From the NCBI GenBank assembly GCA_035538175.1, contig DATLKW010000006.1, forward strand, positions 1 to 45,397: 45,397 bases of DNA, written 5' to 3'. A model generated the notes under the pieces. That model made no database searches. It was not told the origin of the DNA and was given only the letters and a program-made list of their open reading frames with translations. The DNA is from Gemmatimonadales bacterium (GTDB taxonomy: Bacteria > Gemmatimonadota > Gemmatimonadetes > Gemmatimonadales > GWC2-71-9). The position numbers and the translations under genes were made by a program. This document shows, in pieces, positions 1 through 9,023 of the stretch; position 1 is the stretch's first letter, and each line of letters opens with the position of its first letter.

Positions 1-434
1 CCCAACCCCCGCAACAGGGCCGCCATCTCGTTCACCCGGTTGTAGAGCTCCTGGTAGGTGAGGGCGACGTCGGGCTCTCCCTCGGGCTCCGGAACGAAGA
101 TGAAGGCGGCCTTGTTACGGTACTTGTCGAGCTGGCGGTCGACGCAGTTGTAGGCGGCGTTGAGCTTGCCGCCGACGAACCATTTCCAGAAGGGCGCGTC
201 GCTCGTATCGAGGACCGTGCGGTAGGGCTCGACCCAGCTGAGCATGTCCGCGTAGACCTTGAAGCAATCGGGAAATCGGTCGAGGCCGAACTGCTCGAAG
301 ATGCGTTCGTCGCGGAGGTTCGCCTGCGCCTTGAACCGCTCGGAAGGATACAAGTACTCCTCTTCCTTCCAATGCACGGCGATCTGCGCTTCGGTGACAT
401 CGGTCAATTCCTGCGGCGGTGCGGTCTTGGCCAT
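1..434 (-). CDS. acs: Acetyl-CoA synthetase (AMP-forming acetate-CoA ligase), N-terminal part; the gene continues past the left edge
   Basis: My own translation of the minus strand from ATG 434 gives MAKTAPPQELTDVTEAQIAVHWKEEEYLYPSERFKAQANL...PFWKWFVGGKLNAAYNCVDRQLDKYRNKAAFIFVPEPEGEPDVALTYQELYNRVNEMAALL. The WF.GGKLN..YNC.DR and LTY.EL blocks are typical Acs N-termini. A GAGGAGG Shine-Dalgarno lies about 12 nt upstream. The ORF is absent from the track because it has no stop inside the window. Confidence 0.85.
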   Translation of the reverse strand, partial: MAKTAPPQELTDVTEAQIAVHWKEEEYLYPSERFKAQANLRDERIFEQFGLDRFPDCFKVYADMLSWVEPYRTVLDTSDAPFWKWFVGGKLNAAYNCVDRQLDKYRNKAAFIFVPEPEGEPDVALTYQELYNRVNEMAALLRGL

Positions 435-752
435 CGGTCAGGTGCCTCCTCGTCGCTCCTACGTCTCGCTCGAGCCGGCCCGCGCCGCCCCCGCTAGGCC
501 TCCGCACCGAGACGCGCCCCCCGCCGGCCGCTGGGCACGGCGGGGGAGGGTCGGCTCGGGGTGGGGCGGCGGGTCGATGTAGGCGTTCACCGGGCGTTGG
601 GGGTTTCGAGCTAAGGTATGCCCTCGCAACGGCGAGCGGTCAAGGCACGTCTTGCAAACTGCCGTGCGGCCCTCGCTCTGCGGCAGCCCGTGGCGTGAGC
701 GGCGCCACCCCCCTTTTTGACAACGGGTTGGTGGCTCGCAGGTTAGACACCC

Positions 753-768
753 TGGCATCAGAGTCGCA
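753..768 (+). promoter_or_regulatory. Candidate sigma-54 (-24/-12) promoter element
   Basis: TGGCATcagagTCGCA compares with the consensus TGGCAC-N5-TTGCW. GG (754-755) and GC (766-767) have the canonical spacing. The element lies about 50 nt upstream of the STAS gene start codons. Confidence 0.35.
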
Positions 769-816
769 TAGCCCCTCCGGCGGCCACATTACCTGGAGCC
801 GACTGTGGAGGAGTTG

Positions 817-1137
817 ATGGCGATGTCGACGCATCCCACCGAGAAAGTCCTGGCCGCGCCCGAGACGCTGGGCCTCGAGTCGCGCACGGTGTTCCGCCGC
901 GCGGCGACCGAGCTCCTGGAGCAGCTGGGCGAGGGCGCGGGACGCCTCGTGATCGATCTCTCTGGGACGCGGGCGATCGACAGCGCGGGGCTGGGCGCGC
1001 TCATGCTGATCCAGCGCAAGGCGGCGGAACGGCGCCTGACGGTCTGCTTGCGCGGTGCGAACGAGGAGCTGCGCTTCCTGCTGGTGCTGACCAAACTCGA
1101 CGACTTGTTCGAGCTCGAGAGCGGCGCGACGCGCTGA
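817..1137 (+). CDS. STAS-domain protein (anti-sigma-factor antagonist, SpoIIAA-like)
   Basis: The track ORF is 805..1137 (GTG). ATG 817 and ATG 823 follow GGAGGAG (807-813), so the exact start is uncertain. GRLVIDLSGTRAIDSAGLGALMLIQRKAAERRLTVCLRGANEELRFLLVLTKLDDLF is a typical STAS pattern. Confidence 0.8.
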   Translation: MAMSTHPTEKVLAAPETLGLESRTVFRRAATELLEQLGEGAGRLVIDLSGTRAIDSAGLGALMLIQRKAAERRLTVCLRGANEELRFLLVLTKLDDLFELESGATR

Positions 1138-1189
1138 GGCGTCCCGGGCTGGGGCAGGGGGGAGGGGGGCCGCATATATTGGCCCACCT

Positions 1190-1570
1190 ATGGCGTCCCC
1201 CAGTCGCCCCGCGGGCGCCCGGCGCCGCGTGCTATTCGTCGAAGACGAATCGGCGCTGCGGCGCACCTATCAGCGATTCTTTGCCACCCGCTACGACGTG
1301 GCGTTCGCCGCGACCGGCACCGAAGCCCGACACCAACTCGACAGCTTCCAGCCAGAGGTCCTCGTCCTCGACCTCCGGCTGCCCGACACCGACGGCGTGA
1401 CCCTGCTCCAGGAGATCCGCCAGTCCCGCCCCACCCTGCCCGTGATCGTCACCACCTCTTACATCAGCATGGAGCCCCTCTTCCAAGTGCTCGACCTGGG
1501 CCATTCAGGCTACCTGGTCAAGCCGTTCGAGCTGGACGACCTCGCCGCGCGCATCGATGGTCTCGGCTGA
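1190..1570 (+). CDS. Single-domain response regulator (CheY-like receiver, no output domain)
   Basis: It has the acidic pocket FVEDE, the phospho-acceptor context VLVLDLRLPDTDG, VIVTTS and GYLVKPF. TATATT lies 9 nt upstream of the ATG and there is no SD. Confidence 0.85.
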   Translation: MASPSRPAGARRRVLFVEDESALRRTYQRFFATRYDVAFAATGTEARHQLDSFQPEVLVLDLRLPDTDGVTLLQEIRQSRPTLPVIVTTSYISMEPLFQVLDLGHSGYLVKPFELDDLAARIDGLG

Positions 1571-2243
1571 GGGCCTGCGGCACGCCTACGGGGCCGTAGT
1601 CGCGCTCGACGACGTGTCCTTCACCCTCGGCCCGGGGCACACGCTCGCCATCTTCGGGCCGAACGGGGCGGGGAAGACCACCCTCCTGCGGGTCCTCGCT
1701 GGCCTGGTCCGACCCAATGGCGGCTCCGCGCGCGTGGCGGGAGGCCGACACGCGATCGGCTGGATCGACCATCAGTCGCACCTGTACGGGGACTTGAGCG
1801 TGCGCGAGAACCTTGAGTTCTGGGCGACGCTCTACGGCGTCCCCCGAGCGGCGCGGGCCCCGCGCGCCACGGCCCTGGTCAAACGCCTGGGCCTGGCCGC
1901 CCGCGCCGACACGCCCGTGCGCACTCTGTCGCGCGGTCTGATGCAACGCGCGGCGATCGCCCGGGCGCTGATCCATGAGCCACCAGTGCTCCTCTTGGAC
2001 GAGCCCTTCACCGGACTCGACCTCGCGGCCGCGGCGGAGCTCCGGGCCCTGCTCGCCGAGCTGCGGGGCGCGGGGCGAGTCGTGGTCCTCACCACCCACA
2101 ACGTCGACGAGGGCGTCGAACTCGCCAGCGACGTGGCGTTTCAACACCGGGGACGCTTCGTGGCCTTCGGCCCGCGCGGCACCCGCAGCGCGGCCGAGAT
2201 CGCTGCGGCCTACCGCCAGGCGGTGCGGACCGACGATGCGTGA
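1557..2243 (+). CDS. ccmA: Heme exporter ABC ATPase CcmA
   Basis: It has Walker A GPNGAGKTTLLR, signature LSRGLMQR and Walker B VLLLDEP. The start overlaps the receiver gene by 14 nt. ccmB and ccmC follow directly. Confidence 0.8.
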   Translation: MVSAEGLRHAYGAVVALDDVSFTLGPGHTLAIFGPNGAGKTTLLRVLAGLVRPNGGSARVAGGRHAIGWIDHQSHLYGDLSVRENLEFWATLYGVPRAARAPRATALVKRLGLAARADTPVRTLSRGLMQRAAIARALIHEPPVLLLDEPFTGLDLAAAAELRALLAELRGAGRVVVLTTHNVDEGVELASDVAFQHRGRFVAFGPRGTRSAAEIAAAYRQAVRTDDA

Positions 2244-2916
2244 GACGCTCCGAGAGGCCTGGACGATCGCGCGCAAGGACCTGGTGCTCGAGTTCCGGAC
2301 GCGCACGGCCTTGCTGTCGGCCTTCGTGTTCACGGCCCTCGTGCTCACCGTGTTCTACTTCGGCCGCGATCCCACGGCGGTGGCGACCATCGATCTCGCG
2401 CCGAGCATCCTGTGGGTCACGTTCACGTTCGCGGCCATGCTCGCGTTGAACCGCGCCTTCCAGCTCGAGCTCGAGCATGGGGCGCTCGATGGGCTGCTCG
2501 TCTCGCCGCTCTCACGGCCGGGACTCTACCTCGGCAAGCTCGTGGCGAACCTGGCGTTCGTCGCCCTCATAGAAGCCGTGGGGCTGCCGCTCTTCGTGCT
2601 CTTTTTCGACGTGCCCGTGTGGCCGGTACTCCTGCCGCTCCTCGGCGTGATGGCGCTCGCCACCACGGGCTTCGTGGCCGTCGGCACCCTGTTCAGCGCC
2701 ATGGTGATCCGGATGCGCTTCGCCGAGCTGATGCTGCCGGTCCTGCTCCTGCCGTTTCTCTTTCCCCCGCTGCTCGGCGCCGTGCAGATTACGGCGCGCC
2801 TCTTCGGCGGGCGGCCCTTGAGCGAGGCGGGAGGTTGGCTTAGGTTGCTCGCCGCTTACGACATCCTGTTCGTGTCGCTCGCGACGCTCCTCTTTCGCCA
2901 CACGGTCGACGAATGA
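2236..2916 (+). CDS. ccmB: Heme exporter permease CcmB
   Basis: An in-frame ATG at 2236 lies inside track ORF 1975..2916 (MRETLREAWTIARKDLVLEFRTRTALLSAFVF...). There is an ATGCGTGA overlap with the ccmA stop. The protein is a polytopic membrane protein sitting between ccmA and ccmC. Confidence 0.8.
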   Translation: MRETLREAWTIARKDLVLEFRTRTALLSAFVFTALVLTVFYFGRDPTAVATIDLAPSILWVTFTFAAMLALNRAFQLELEHGALDGLLVSPLSRPGLYLGKLVANLAFVALIEAVGLPLFVLFFDVPVWPVLLPLLGVMALATTGFVAVGTLFSAMVIRMRFAELMLPVLLLPFLFPPLLGAVQITARLFGGRPLSEAGGWLRLLAAYDILFVSLATLLFRHTVDE

Positions 2917-3593
2917 CGCTCCTCGCGAAAGGCCGCGCCATCACGCTCCTGGGCCTGTGCGGTCTCGTGGGCGTGTACGTGCGCGCCCTGGCGTTCACCC
3001 CGGTGGAGCGCGTGCAGGGCCTGGCGCAGAAGATCTATTACCTGCATGTGCCGGCCGCGATCTGGGCTGAAACGGCGATGATCTTCGTGGGGCTCGCCGG
3101 GGCCTTCTATCTCTTCCTGAAGGACGAGCGCCTCGACCGCTTCGCGGCGTCGTCGGCGGAAGTGGGCACCGTCTTCGCCACCATCGTGCTCACGACGGGC
3201 CCCATCTGGGGCAAGCCGATCTGGGGCACGTGGTGGACGTGGGATGCGCGGCTCACGTCGACGCTGCTCCTCTTCTTCGTGTACGTCGGGTACTTGCTCC
3301 TGCGGGCGGCCGTGGTCGACCCCTTTCTGCGCAGCCGCTACGCCGCCGTGCTCGGCATCTGCGGGATGTTCCTCGTCCCCTTCATCCATTTCAGCGTCTA
3401 CCTGTTCCGCACGCTCCATCCCGGCCCCATCGTCCTGAAGCCGAGCGCGCCGTCGTTGCCGGCGCCGATGCTTGTGACGTGGGCGGTGTCCGTCGCCGTA
3501 TTCACGGTGCTCTATGTGGGATTCGTGACGCAGCGGTATGCGCTGGCCGTCCGCGGCGCGGCCCCCGAGCGCGGGGAGGCCGGCCCTGGCTGA
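2913..3593 (+). CDS. ccmC: Heme exporter / heme-handling protein CcmC
   Basis: It carries the Trp-rich heme-handling motif WGKPIWGTWWTWDARL (WGxxWxWD). There is an ATGA overlap with the ccmB stop. Confidence 0.9.
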   Translation: MTLLAKGRAITLLGLCGLVGVYVRALAFTPVERVQGLAQKIYYLHVPAAIWAETAMIFVGLAGAFYLFLKDERLDRFAASSAEVGTVFATIVLTTGPIWGKPIWGTWWTWDARLTSTLLLFFVYVGYLLLRAAVVDPFLRSRYAAVLGICGMFLVPFIHFSVYLFRTLHPGPIVLKPSAPSLPAPMLVTWAVSVAVFTVLYVGFVTQRYALAVRGAAPERGEAGPG

Positions 3594-3594
3594 C

Positions 3595-3696
3595 GTGCCC
3601 TCGACCGGCGGCTACATGGTCGCGGCCTACGTCGTGACGGCGGTCATCCTCGTCGCTTACGCCGTGGCGCTCTACCGGCGCGGGAACCGCCCCTAA
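3595..3696 (+). CDS. ccmD: Small single-TM protein, CcmD-like
   Basis: This ORF is not in the track (under 60 aa). It starts at GTG 3595 or ATG 3616 and stops at TAA 3694-3696. The product is VPSTGGYMVAAYVVTAVILVAYAVALYRRGNRP. One hydrophobic helix followed by basic residues, located directly after ccmC, is the usual CcmD layout. Confidence 0.5.
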   Translation: MPSTGGYMVAAYVVTAVILVAYAVALYRRGNRP

Positions 3697-4277
3697 CCGT
3701 CCCGTTTGTCGACGAACAACTCGGCGCGGGCGGCGGACAGGCGTTCCAGGCCGTTCGGGACTTGGGTGGCCCAGAGGTGCAGCGCTTCGTCCGCCGCGGT
3801 GATATCCCCCGCTTGGAACAGGGCCTGGGCGTTGCGCCGCAGGGCGTCGGCTCCGGCGCCCGCCGCGTAGGCGCGCGCGAACCGCGCGGCCGCCTCGGCG
3901 TGGCGGCCGGCGCGGCGATACAGGTCCCCCGCCGCGAGCGCGGCGTCGGGACGCTCCTCGAGGGTCAGCACCTGCTCGTAGGCGACGAGCGCGTCCTGCT
4001 GGCGGAACACCATCTGCCATGCCTCGCCGAGGAGCATCCAGGCGTCGGGGTTGGCGGGGAAGCGCACCGCGCCCTCCTGCGCCACCGCGACTGCCCCCCA
4101 GCGATCCTCGATCGCGCGCCGCAACCGCACCAGGGCGGGGTAGCACTCGGCGAACGCCGGGGTCACGACGCACCCGAGCCGCAGCCACCAGTCGGCGCGC
4201 TTCGGCGCCTCCCGCTGGCTGGCGGCGGCGCGACGCACGGTGAAGCGCACCAGCGCGGCGCGCAGGGATCGGAGCAT
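3693..4277 (-). CDS. TPR-like repeat protein (hypothetical)
   Basis: This is the C-terminal 194 codons of track ORF 3693..5087, starting at ATG 4277 (MLRSLRAALVRF...). Helical repeat pairs such as DAWMLLGEAWQMVFRQQDALVAYEQVL and AAGDLYRRAGRHAEAAARFARAY look like TPR. The upstream part of the track ORF is antisense to hemD. Confidence 0.5.
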   Translation of the reverse strand: MLRSLRAALVRFTVRRAAASQREAPKRADWWLRLGCVVTPAFAECYPALVRLRRAIEDRWGAVAVAQEGAVRFPANPDAWMLLGEAWQMVFRQQDALVAYEQVLTLEERPDAALAAGDLYRRAGRHAEAAARFARAYAAGAGADALRRNAQALFQAGDITAADEALHLWATQVPNGLERLSAARAELFVDKRDG

Positions 4278-4278
4278 G

Positions 4279-4297
4279 ATAGATTGCAACAATCTAT
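4279..4297. promoter_or_regulatory. Perfect 8-3-8 inverted repeat ATAGATTG-caa-CAATCTAT, filling the 18-bp gap between divergent start codons
   Basis: Read directly from the sequence. The flanking starts are ATG 4277 (minus, TPR) and ATG 4296 (plus, hemD). It is an AT-rich island in otherwise very GC-rich DNA. Each arm contains TAGATT, a -10-like hexamer. Confidence 0.5.
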
Positions 4298-5120
4298 GCG
4301 AGACCGTCCGCGATCGCCGCGCGCGACACGCGCGCTCTCGGGTCGGCGGATCGTCGTGACGCGTGCGCGCGATCAGGCGGGCGAGCTCATCCAGGCGCTC
4401 ACGGCCCTCGGCGCCGAGGTCGTCGCCGCGCCCACCATCCGCATCGTCCCCGTCGCCGACTTGCGCACCCTCCGGACCGCCCTCGCCGCGCCCACCCCGT
4501 ACGACTGGATCGTCTTCACGAGCCAGAACACGGTCGAGATCGTGTGCGCCCGGCTGGCCACGTGGGGACTCGCGCCAGCCGATGTCGCGCGCTCGGCGAT
4601 CGCCGCGATCGGGCCCGCGACGGCAGCGGCACTCGGGCGTCACGGGCTCGAGCCCGCACTGGTCCCCGAGCGCTTCGTGGCGGAGGCCGTCGTGACGGCC
4701 CTCGCCGCTCGGGGTCCGCTCGCAGGGACGCGCGTGCTCATCCCGCGGGCGCGCGAGGCCCGCGATGCGCTCCCCGATGGCCTGCGGACTCTGGGCGCCG
4801 TGGTCGACGTCGTGCCCGTCTACGAGACGGCCCGCGAACCGGGCGACGGCTCCGCGCTCGCGGCCGACATCCTCGCCGGGCGGATCGACGCCGTGTCGTT
4901 CACGTCGTCTTCCACGGTGCGCGGGTTCGTGGAGCTCGTGGGGCGGAGCGCGGCGGCCTCGGGCCGTTACGCGGCGGTGGTGATCGGCCCCGTCACGGCC
5001 CGCACGGCGCGCGCCCTGGGGATCGACGTGGCGGCCGAGGCGGCGGACTACACCGTGGGGGGGCTCGTCACCGCGCTCGTGCGCCACTTCGCCGCAGGGG
5101 GCGGGCAGAGCCCCCCGTGA
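4296..5120 (+). CDS. hemD: Uroporphyrinogen-III synthase
   Basis: An in-frame ATG 4296 lies within track ORF 3762..5120. The blocks [42 protein letters not shown] and [13 protein letters not shown] fit the two-lobed HEM4 pattern. The stop overlaps the hemC start (GTGA). Confidence 0.8.
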   Translation: MRDRPRSPRATRALSGRRIVVTRARDQAGELIQALTALGAEVVAAPTIRIVPVADLRTLRTALAAPTPYDWIVFTSQNTVEIVCARLATWGLAPADVARSAIAAIGPATAAALGRHGLEPALVPERFVAEAVVTALAARGPLAGTRVLIPRAREARDALPDGLRTLGAVVDVVPVYETAREPGDGSALAADILAGRIDAVSFTSSSTVRGFVELVGRSAAASGRYAAVVIGPVTARTARALGIDVAAEAADYTVGGLVTALVRHFAAGGGQSPP

Positions 5121-6049
5121 CGGCGTTCACGCTCGGCACCCGCGGGAGCGAACTCGCGTTGCGGCAGGCCGAATGGGTGCGGAACGCGCTCGGGGAGCGC
5201 GGGGTCACCGCCGAGCTCGTGATCATCCGGACGGGTGGCGACGCCGCCGTCGACCGCCCCCTCTACGAGCTCGAAGGCAAGGGGTTCTTCACGAAGGAGC
5301 TCGAAGATGCCCTCTTGGCCGGCACGATCGACGCCGCTGTCCATTCGCTGAAGGATCTCCCGACGACGCTGCCCGAGGGCTTGGCGCTTGCCGCGGTGCC
5401 CCGGCGCGCCCAGCCGACGGAGGTGCTCGTGAGCCGGGACGCGGGGGTCACGTCGCTCGCGGGGCTTCGCGCGGGCGCCACGATCGGCACCTCGAGCCTG
5501 AGGCGCGCGGCGCAGATCCGCTATCTCCGGCCCGATCTCCACGTCGTCGCGTTGCGCGGCAACGTCCCGACGCGCCTCGGCAAGGTCGCCCGGGGCACGG
5601 ACGGCCTCGACGCCGCGCTCGTCGCCGGCGCGGGGCTCGAGCGCCTCGGCCTCGAGGGCCGGATCGCCGCCCGGCTCGATCCCCTGCTCGTGATGCCGGC
5701 CCCGGGCCAGGGGGCCCTCGGGCTCGAAGTCCGGGGCGACGACGCGCGCGCGCGTGGCACGCTCGCGCCCCTCGACGACCCGGCGAGCGCTCGGGACGTG
5801 ACGGCGGAGCGCAGCCTCCTGGCGGCGCTCGAAGGGGGGTGCCAGGCCCCGGTCGCCGCCTACTGCGCCGCGGGCGCCGAGCTCGGGACCGAGGGGCCGC
5901 ATCGGCTGTTCGGGCGCGTGACCGCCCAGGACGGCGCGGTCCAGATTACCGCGTCCGCCCCCCTCGACGAGCGAGCGCCCGCCGCGGCGGGGGTCCGCGT
6001 GGCGAGCTTGCTCCGGGCGGCGGGGGCGTCGAGATTGCTCGGCCGATGA
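5117..6049 (+). CDS. hemC: Porphobilinogen deaminase (hydroxymethylbilane synthase)
   Basis: GTG 5117 is in frame with track ORF 4544..6049. Matching blocks are [41 protein letters not shown] and the cofactor-cysteine context [12 protein letters not shown]. Confidence 0.9.
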   Translation: MTAFTLGTRGSELALRQAEWVRNALGERGVTAELVIIRTGGDAAVDRPLYELEGKGFFTKELEDALLAGTIDAAVHSLKDLPTTLPEGLALAAVPRRAQPTEVLVSRDAGVTSLAGLRAGATIGTSSLRRAAQIRYLRPDLHVVALRGNVPTRLGKVARGTDGLDAALVAGAGLERLGLEGRIAARLDPLLVMPAPGQGALGLEVRGDDARARGTLAPLDDPASARDVTAERSLLAALEGGCQAPVAAYCAAGAELGTEGPHRLFGRVTAQDGAVQITASAPLDERAPAAAGVRVASLLRAAGASRLLGR

Positions 6050-7017
6050 GCCAGTTCCCGTTGCGCCGCATGCGCCGCCTGCGCCGTACCCCCGCCCTGC
6101 GTCGCCTGGTGCAGGAAACCCACCTCGCCCCGGCCCAGCTCGTGTGGCCGCTCTTCGCGTGCCACGGCCGCGGCGTCCGCCAGGAGGTCGGCCTCCTCCC
6201 AGGCGTCTACCAGACGTCCGTCGATGAGCTCGTCAAGGACGCGGAACGCGCGCACCGCCTCGGCCTGGGTGGGATCATTCTCTTCGGCCTCCCGGCCGCC
6301 AAGGACGCGACGGGCTCGGAAGCGTACGACGAACAGGGCATCGTGCAGGAAGCGGCGCGCGCCGTGAAGCGCGCCGTGCCCGAGCTCCTCGTGATGGGTG
6401 ACGTGTGCCTCTGCGAGTATACCGACCACGGCCATTGCGGCGTGCTCCGCGACGGCGACGTGGACAACGACGCCTCCGTGTACCTGCTCGGGAAGGTCGC
6501 GGTCACGCAGGCGCGGGCCGGGATCGACATCGTGGCGCCGAGCGACATGATGGACGGCCGGGTCGCGGGGATCCGCAAGGCACTCGACGCCGCGGGCTTC
6601 TCGCACGTCCCGATTCTGTCCTATGCCGCGAAGACCGCGTCCGCCTTCTACGGGCCGTTTCGTGAAGCGGCGGGCTCCACGCCCCAGTTCGGGGATCGCC
6701 AGTCGTATCAGATGCAGGGCACGAACGGCGACGAGGCGATGCGGGAAATCGGGCTCGACTTGGCCGAAGGGGCCGACATCGTCCTGGTGAAGCCCGCGCT
6801 GCCCTGCCTCGACCTCATCCGCCGGGCGAAGCAGCAGTTCGGCGCGCCGCTCGCCGCCTATCAGGTGAGCGGCGAGTACGCGATGATCAAAGCCGCCGCG
6901 GCGCGCGGGATGGTGGACGAGGCGCGCGCCATGTGGGAGACGCTCTACGCGATCCGGCGGGCCGGCGCGGACATTATCCTTAGCTACTTCGCGCCGCAGG
7001 TCGCCGAGCAGCTCTAA
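6046..7017 (+). CDS. hemB: Porphobilinogen synthase (delta-aminolevulinate dehydratase), zinc type
   Basis: ATG 6046 overlaps the hemC stop (ATGA). The product begins [25 protein letters not shown] and contains the Cys-rich metal site [14 protein letters not shown], plus [18 protein letters not shown] and YQVSGEYAM. Confidence 0.9.
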   Translation: MSQFPLRRMRRLRRTPALRRLVQETHLAPAQLVWPLFACHGRGVRQEVGLLPGVYQTSVDELVKDAERAHRLGLGGIILFGLPAAKDATGSEAYDEQGIVQEAARAVKRAVPELLVMGDVCLCEYTDHGHCGVLRDGDVDNDASVYLLGKVAVTQARAGIDIVAPSDMMDGRVAGIRKALDAAGFSHVPILSYAAKTASAFYGPFREAAGSTPQFGDRQSYQMQGTNGDEAMREIGLDLAEGADIVLVKPALPCLDLIRRAKQQFGAPLAAYQVSGEYAMIKAAAARGMVDEARAMWETLYAIRRAGADIILSYFAPQVAEQL

Positions 7018-7035
7018 AGGGCGAGCGCGGCGTCC

Positions 7036-7719
7036 TTACGATCGCGGCAGCAGCACCGCCTTCCACAGCGCCCCCGCTACCCCCGCACCGACCAGCGGGC
7101 CGATCCAATACACCGCGTGGGCGTCCCACTGGCCGGCCACGAGCGCGGGACCGAAGGCGCGGGCCGGGTTCATCACGGCGCCCGTGAAGCTTCCGCCCAC
7201 GAGCGCATCGACGAAGATCGCGAGGCCGATCCCGAAGCCGCCGATGCGGGGCGCCTCGGACGACACGGCCGTGCCGAACACGGCGCTCACGAGGAAGAAG
7301 GTGAGCGCGGCCTCGATCCACACGCCCTGCATGAACGTGACGTCGCCGCCGAGCCGCGGCGTGCCCACGAGCGCGAGTCCCACGGCCGCTCGGGGCAAGA
7401 GGGCCTTCACGAGGCCCGCTCCGCCGACGGCGCCCGCCAGCTGGGCGGCGACATACGCCCAGGCGCGACGCCCGTCGATCCGATTCGCGATCCAGGCGCC
7501 GAAGGTCACCGCCGGGTTCATATGGCCACCGGAAATGCTCATCGTCATCGAGACGATGATCGCCATCGCCACGCCGTGGGCGAACGCCACGCCGAGGGGA
7601 CCGATGCTCGCGGGGGTCGTGCCCGCGGCGACCACCGCGACCACGCTGCCCGCGCCCAAGAACACGAAGAGGAGCGTCCCGACGAACTCGGCCGTGAGGG
7701 GCCGCAGCTGGGTGGACAT
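7036..7719 (-). CDS. aqpZ: MIP-family channel (aquaporin Z-like)
   Basis: ATG 7719 lies inside track ORF 7036..7905. Two NPA boxes are present: SGGHMNPAVTFG and GAVMNPARAFGP. Confidence 0.85.
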   Translation of the reverse strand: MSTQLRPLTAEFVGTLLFVFLGAGSVVAVVAAGTTPASIGPLGVAFAHGVAMAIIVSMTMSISGGHMNPAVTFGAWIANRIDGRRAWAYVAAQLAGAVGGAGLVKALLPRAAVGLALVGTPRLGGDVTFMQGVWIEAALTFFLVSAVFGTAVSSEAPRIGGFGIGLAIFVDALVGGSFTGAVMNPARAFGPALVAGQWDAHAVYWIGPLVGAGVAGALWKAVLLPRS

Positions 7720-7775
7720 GAGAGGCCCTCGAAGGTGTAGGGAGATGTGCCGACGCGGAGAATTTGGGGGCCGGG

Positions 7776-9023
7776 CTAGGCCCGCCGCAATACGAGCGTG
7801 GCGTTGATCCCGCCGAAGCCGAACGAGTTCGTGACCACGACGTCCGGCGCCGCCGCGCGGCCCTGCTGCGGGAGGCAGTCGAGATCGCACGCGGGATCGG
7901 GGCACTCGAGGTTGAGGGTCGGCGGGAGCCAGCGCCGGTCCATCGCGAGCGCGCAGATCGCCGCCTCGATGGCGCCGCTCGCGCCGAGCGCGTGCCCATA
8001 GTAGCCCTTGGTGCCGCTCACGCTCAGGCGGTAGGCGTGGTCGCCGAACACCTGCTTGATGGCGACGGTCTCGGTCGCGTCGTTGAGTGGCGTCGAGGAG
8101 CCGTGGGCATTGATGTAGCCGACCTCGGTCGGCGCGACGCGCGCGTCGCGGAGCGCCAGGTCCATCGCCCGCGCGGCCTCGCGGCCGTCAGGGCGGGGGG
8201 CCGTCATGTGATACGCGTCGTTCGTGACGGCATAGCCGACGAGCTCGGCGTAAATCTTCGCGCCGCGGGCCACGGCGCGCGCCCGCTCTTCGAGCACGAG
8301 CACGGCCGCGCCCTCCCCCATCACGAAGCCATCCCGCCCTTCGTCGAACGGCCGCGAGGCGTGCGCCGGGTCGTCGTTGCGCGTGCTCATCGCGCGGATC
8401 ACGTTGAACGCCGCGTAGGTCATGGGCGCGAGCGGCGCTTCAGCGCCGCCCGCCAACATTACGTCGGCGTGGCCCCCGCGAATTGCGCGGAACGCCTCCC
8501 CCACGGCGATGGTCCCTGAGGCGCAGCTCATCGCGTTGGTCGAGTTCGGACCCGTGCAGCCGAATTCGATCGCGAGGTTGCAGCTCGCGGCGCCCGGGAA
8601 GACGGCGAGCGCCAGCGCGGGGTCGAGCCCCCGCGGGCCGTCGGCGCGGAAGCCTTCCACCTGCGCCTCCGCGAACGCCACACCGCCCAACGCGGAGCCC
8701 ATCATCGCGCCGACGCGCTCCAGCCGCTCGCGCGCCGGGTCGAGGCGCGCATCCGCGAGCGCGAACCGAGCGCTCGTGACCGCGAGCTGGGAAAAGCGAT
8801 CGAGCCGCCGCGCCCGCTTCGCCTCCAGGTGGTCGAGCGGCCGGAAGTCGGGGATCTCGGCGGCGATCTTCGAGCGGAACGGCGTCGGATCGAAACGGGT
8901 GAGCTCACGTACGGCGGACGACCGGGCCGTCAGCCCGGCCCACACGCCGTCCGCGCCTGTGCCGATGGGCGTGACGGCGCCGACCCCCGTGATCACCACC
9001 CGCCGCTCGGGTGCGCTCCTCAC
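7776..9023 (-). CDS. Beta-ketoacyl-ACP synthase, KAS I/II (FabF-like) family
   Basis: GTG 9023 ([21 protein letters not shown]) overlaps the upstream stop (GTGA). The Cys-His-His triad contexts are [23 protein letters not shown] and [12 protein letters not shown]. The C-terminus reads [14 protein letters not shown]. Confidence 0.85.
   Translation of the reverse strand: MRSAPERRVVITGVGAVTPIGTGADGVWAGLTARSSAVRELTRFDPTPFRSKIAAEIPDFRPLDHLEAKRARRLDRFSQLAVTSARFALADARLDPARERLERVGAMMGSALGGVAFAEAQVEGFRADGPRGLDPALALAVFPGAASCNLAIEFGCTGPNSTNAMSCASGTIAVGEAFRAIRGGHADVMLAGGAEAPLAPMTYAAFNVIRAMSTRNDDPAHASRPFDEGRDGFVMGEGAAVLVLEERARAVARGAKIYAELVGYAVTNDAYHMTAPRPDGREAARAMDLALRDARVAPTEVGYINAHGSSTPLNDATETVAIKQVFGDHAYRLSVSGTKGYYGHALGASGAIEAAICALAMDRRWLPPTLNLECPDPACDLDCLPQQGRAAAPDVVVTNSFGFGGINATLVLRRA

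Noticed and set aside
717-750. TTGACA at 717-722 as the -35 of a sigma-70 promoter for the STAS operon.
   Set aside because: No acceptable -10 hexamer lies at 16 to 18 nt spacing (AGGTTA/GGTTAG). TAGACA would need a 21-nt spacer.
3693-5087. A 464-aa minus-strand ORF spanning the whole hemD region.
   Set aside because: Only the last 194 codons (from ATG 4277) look protein-like (TPR). The upstream part is Arg/Gly/Asp-rich low-complexity sequence antisense to a well-supported hemD. This is a typical high-G+C artefact.
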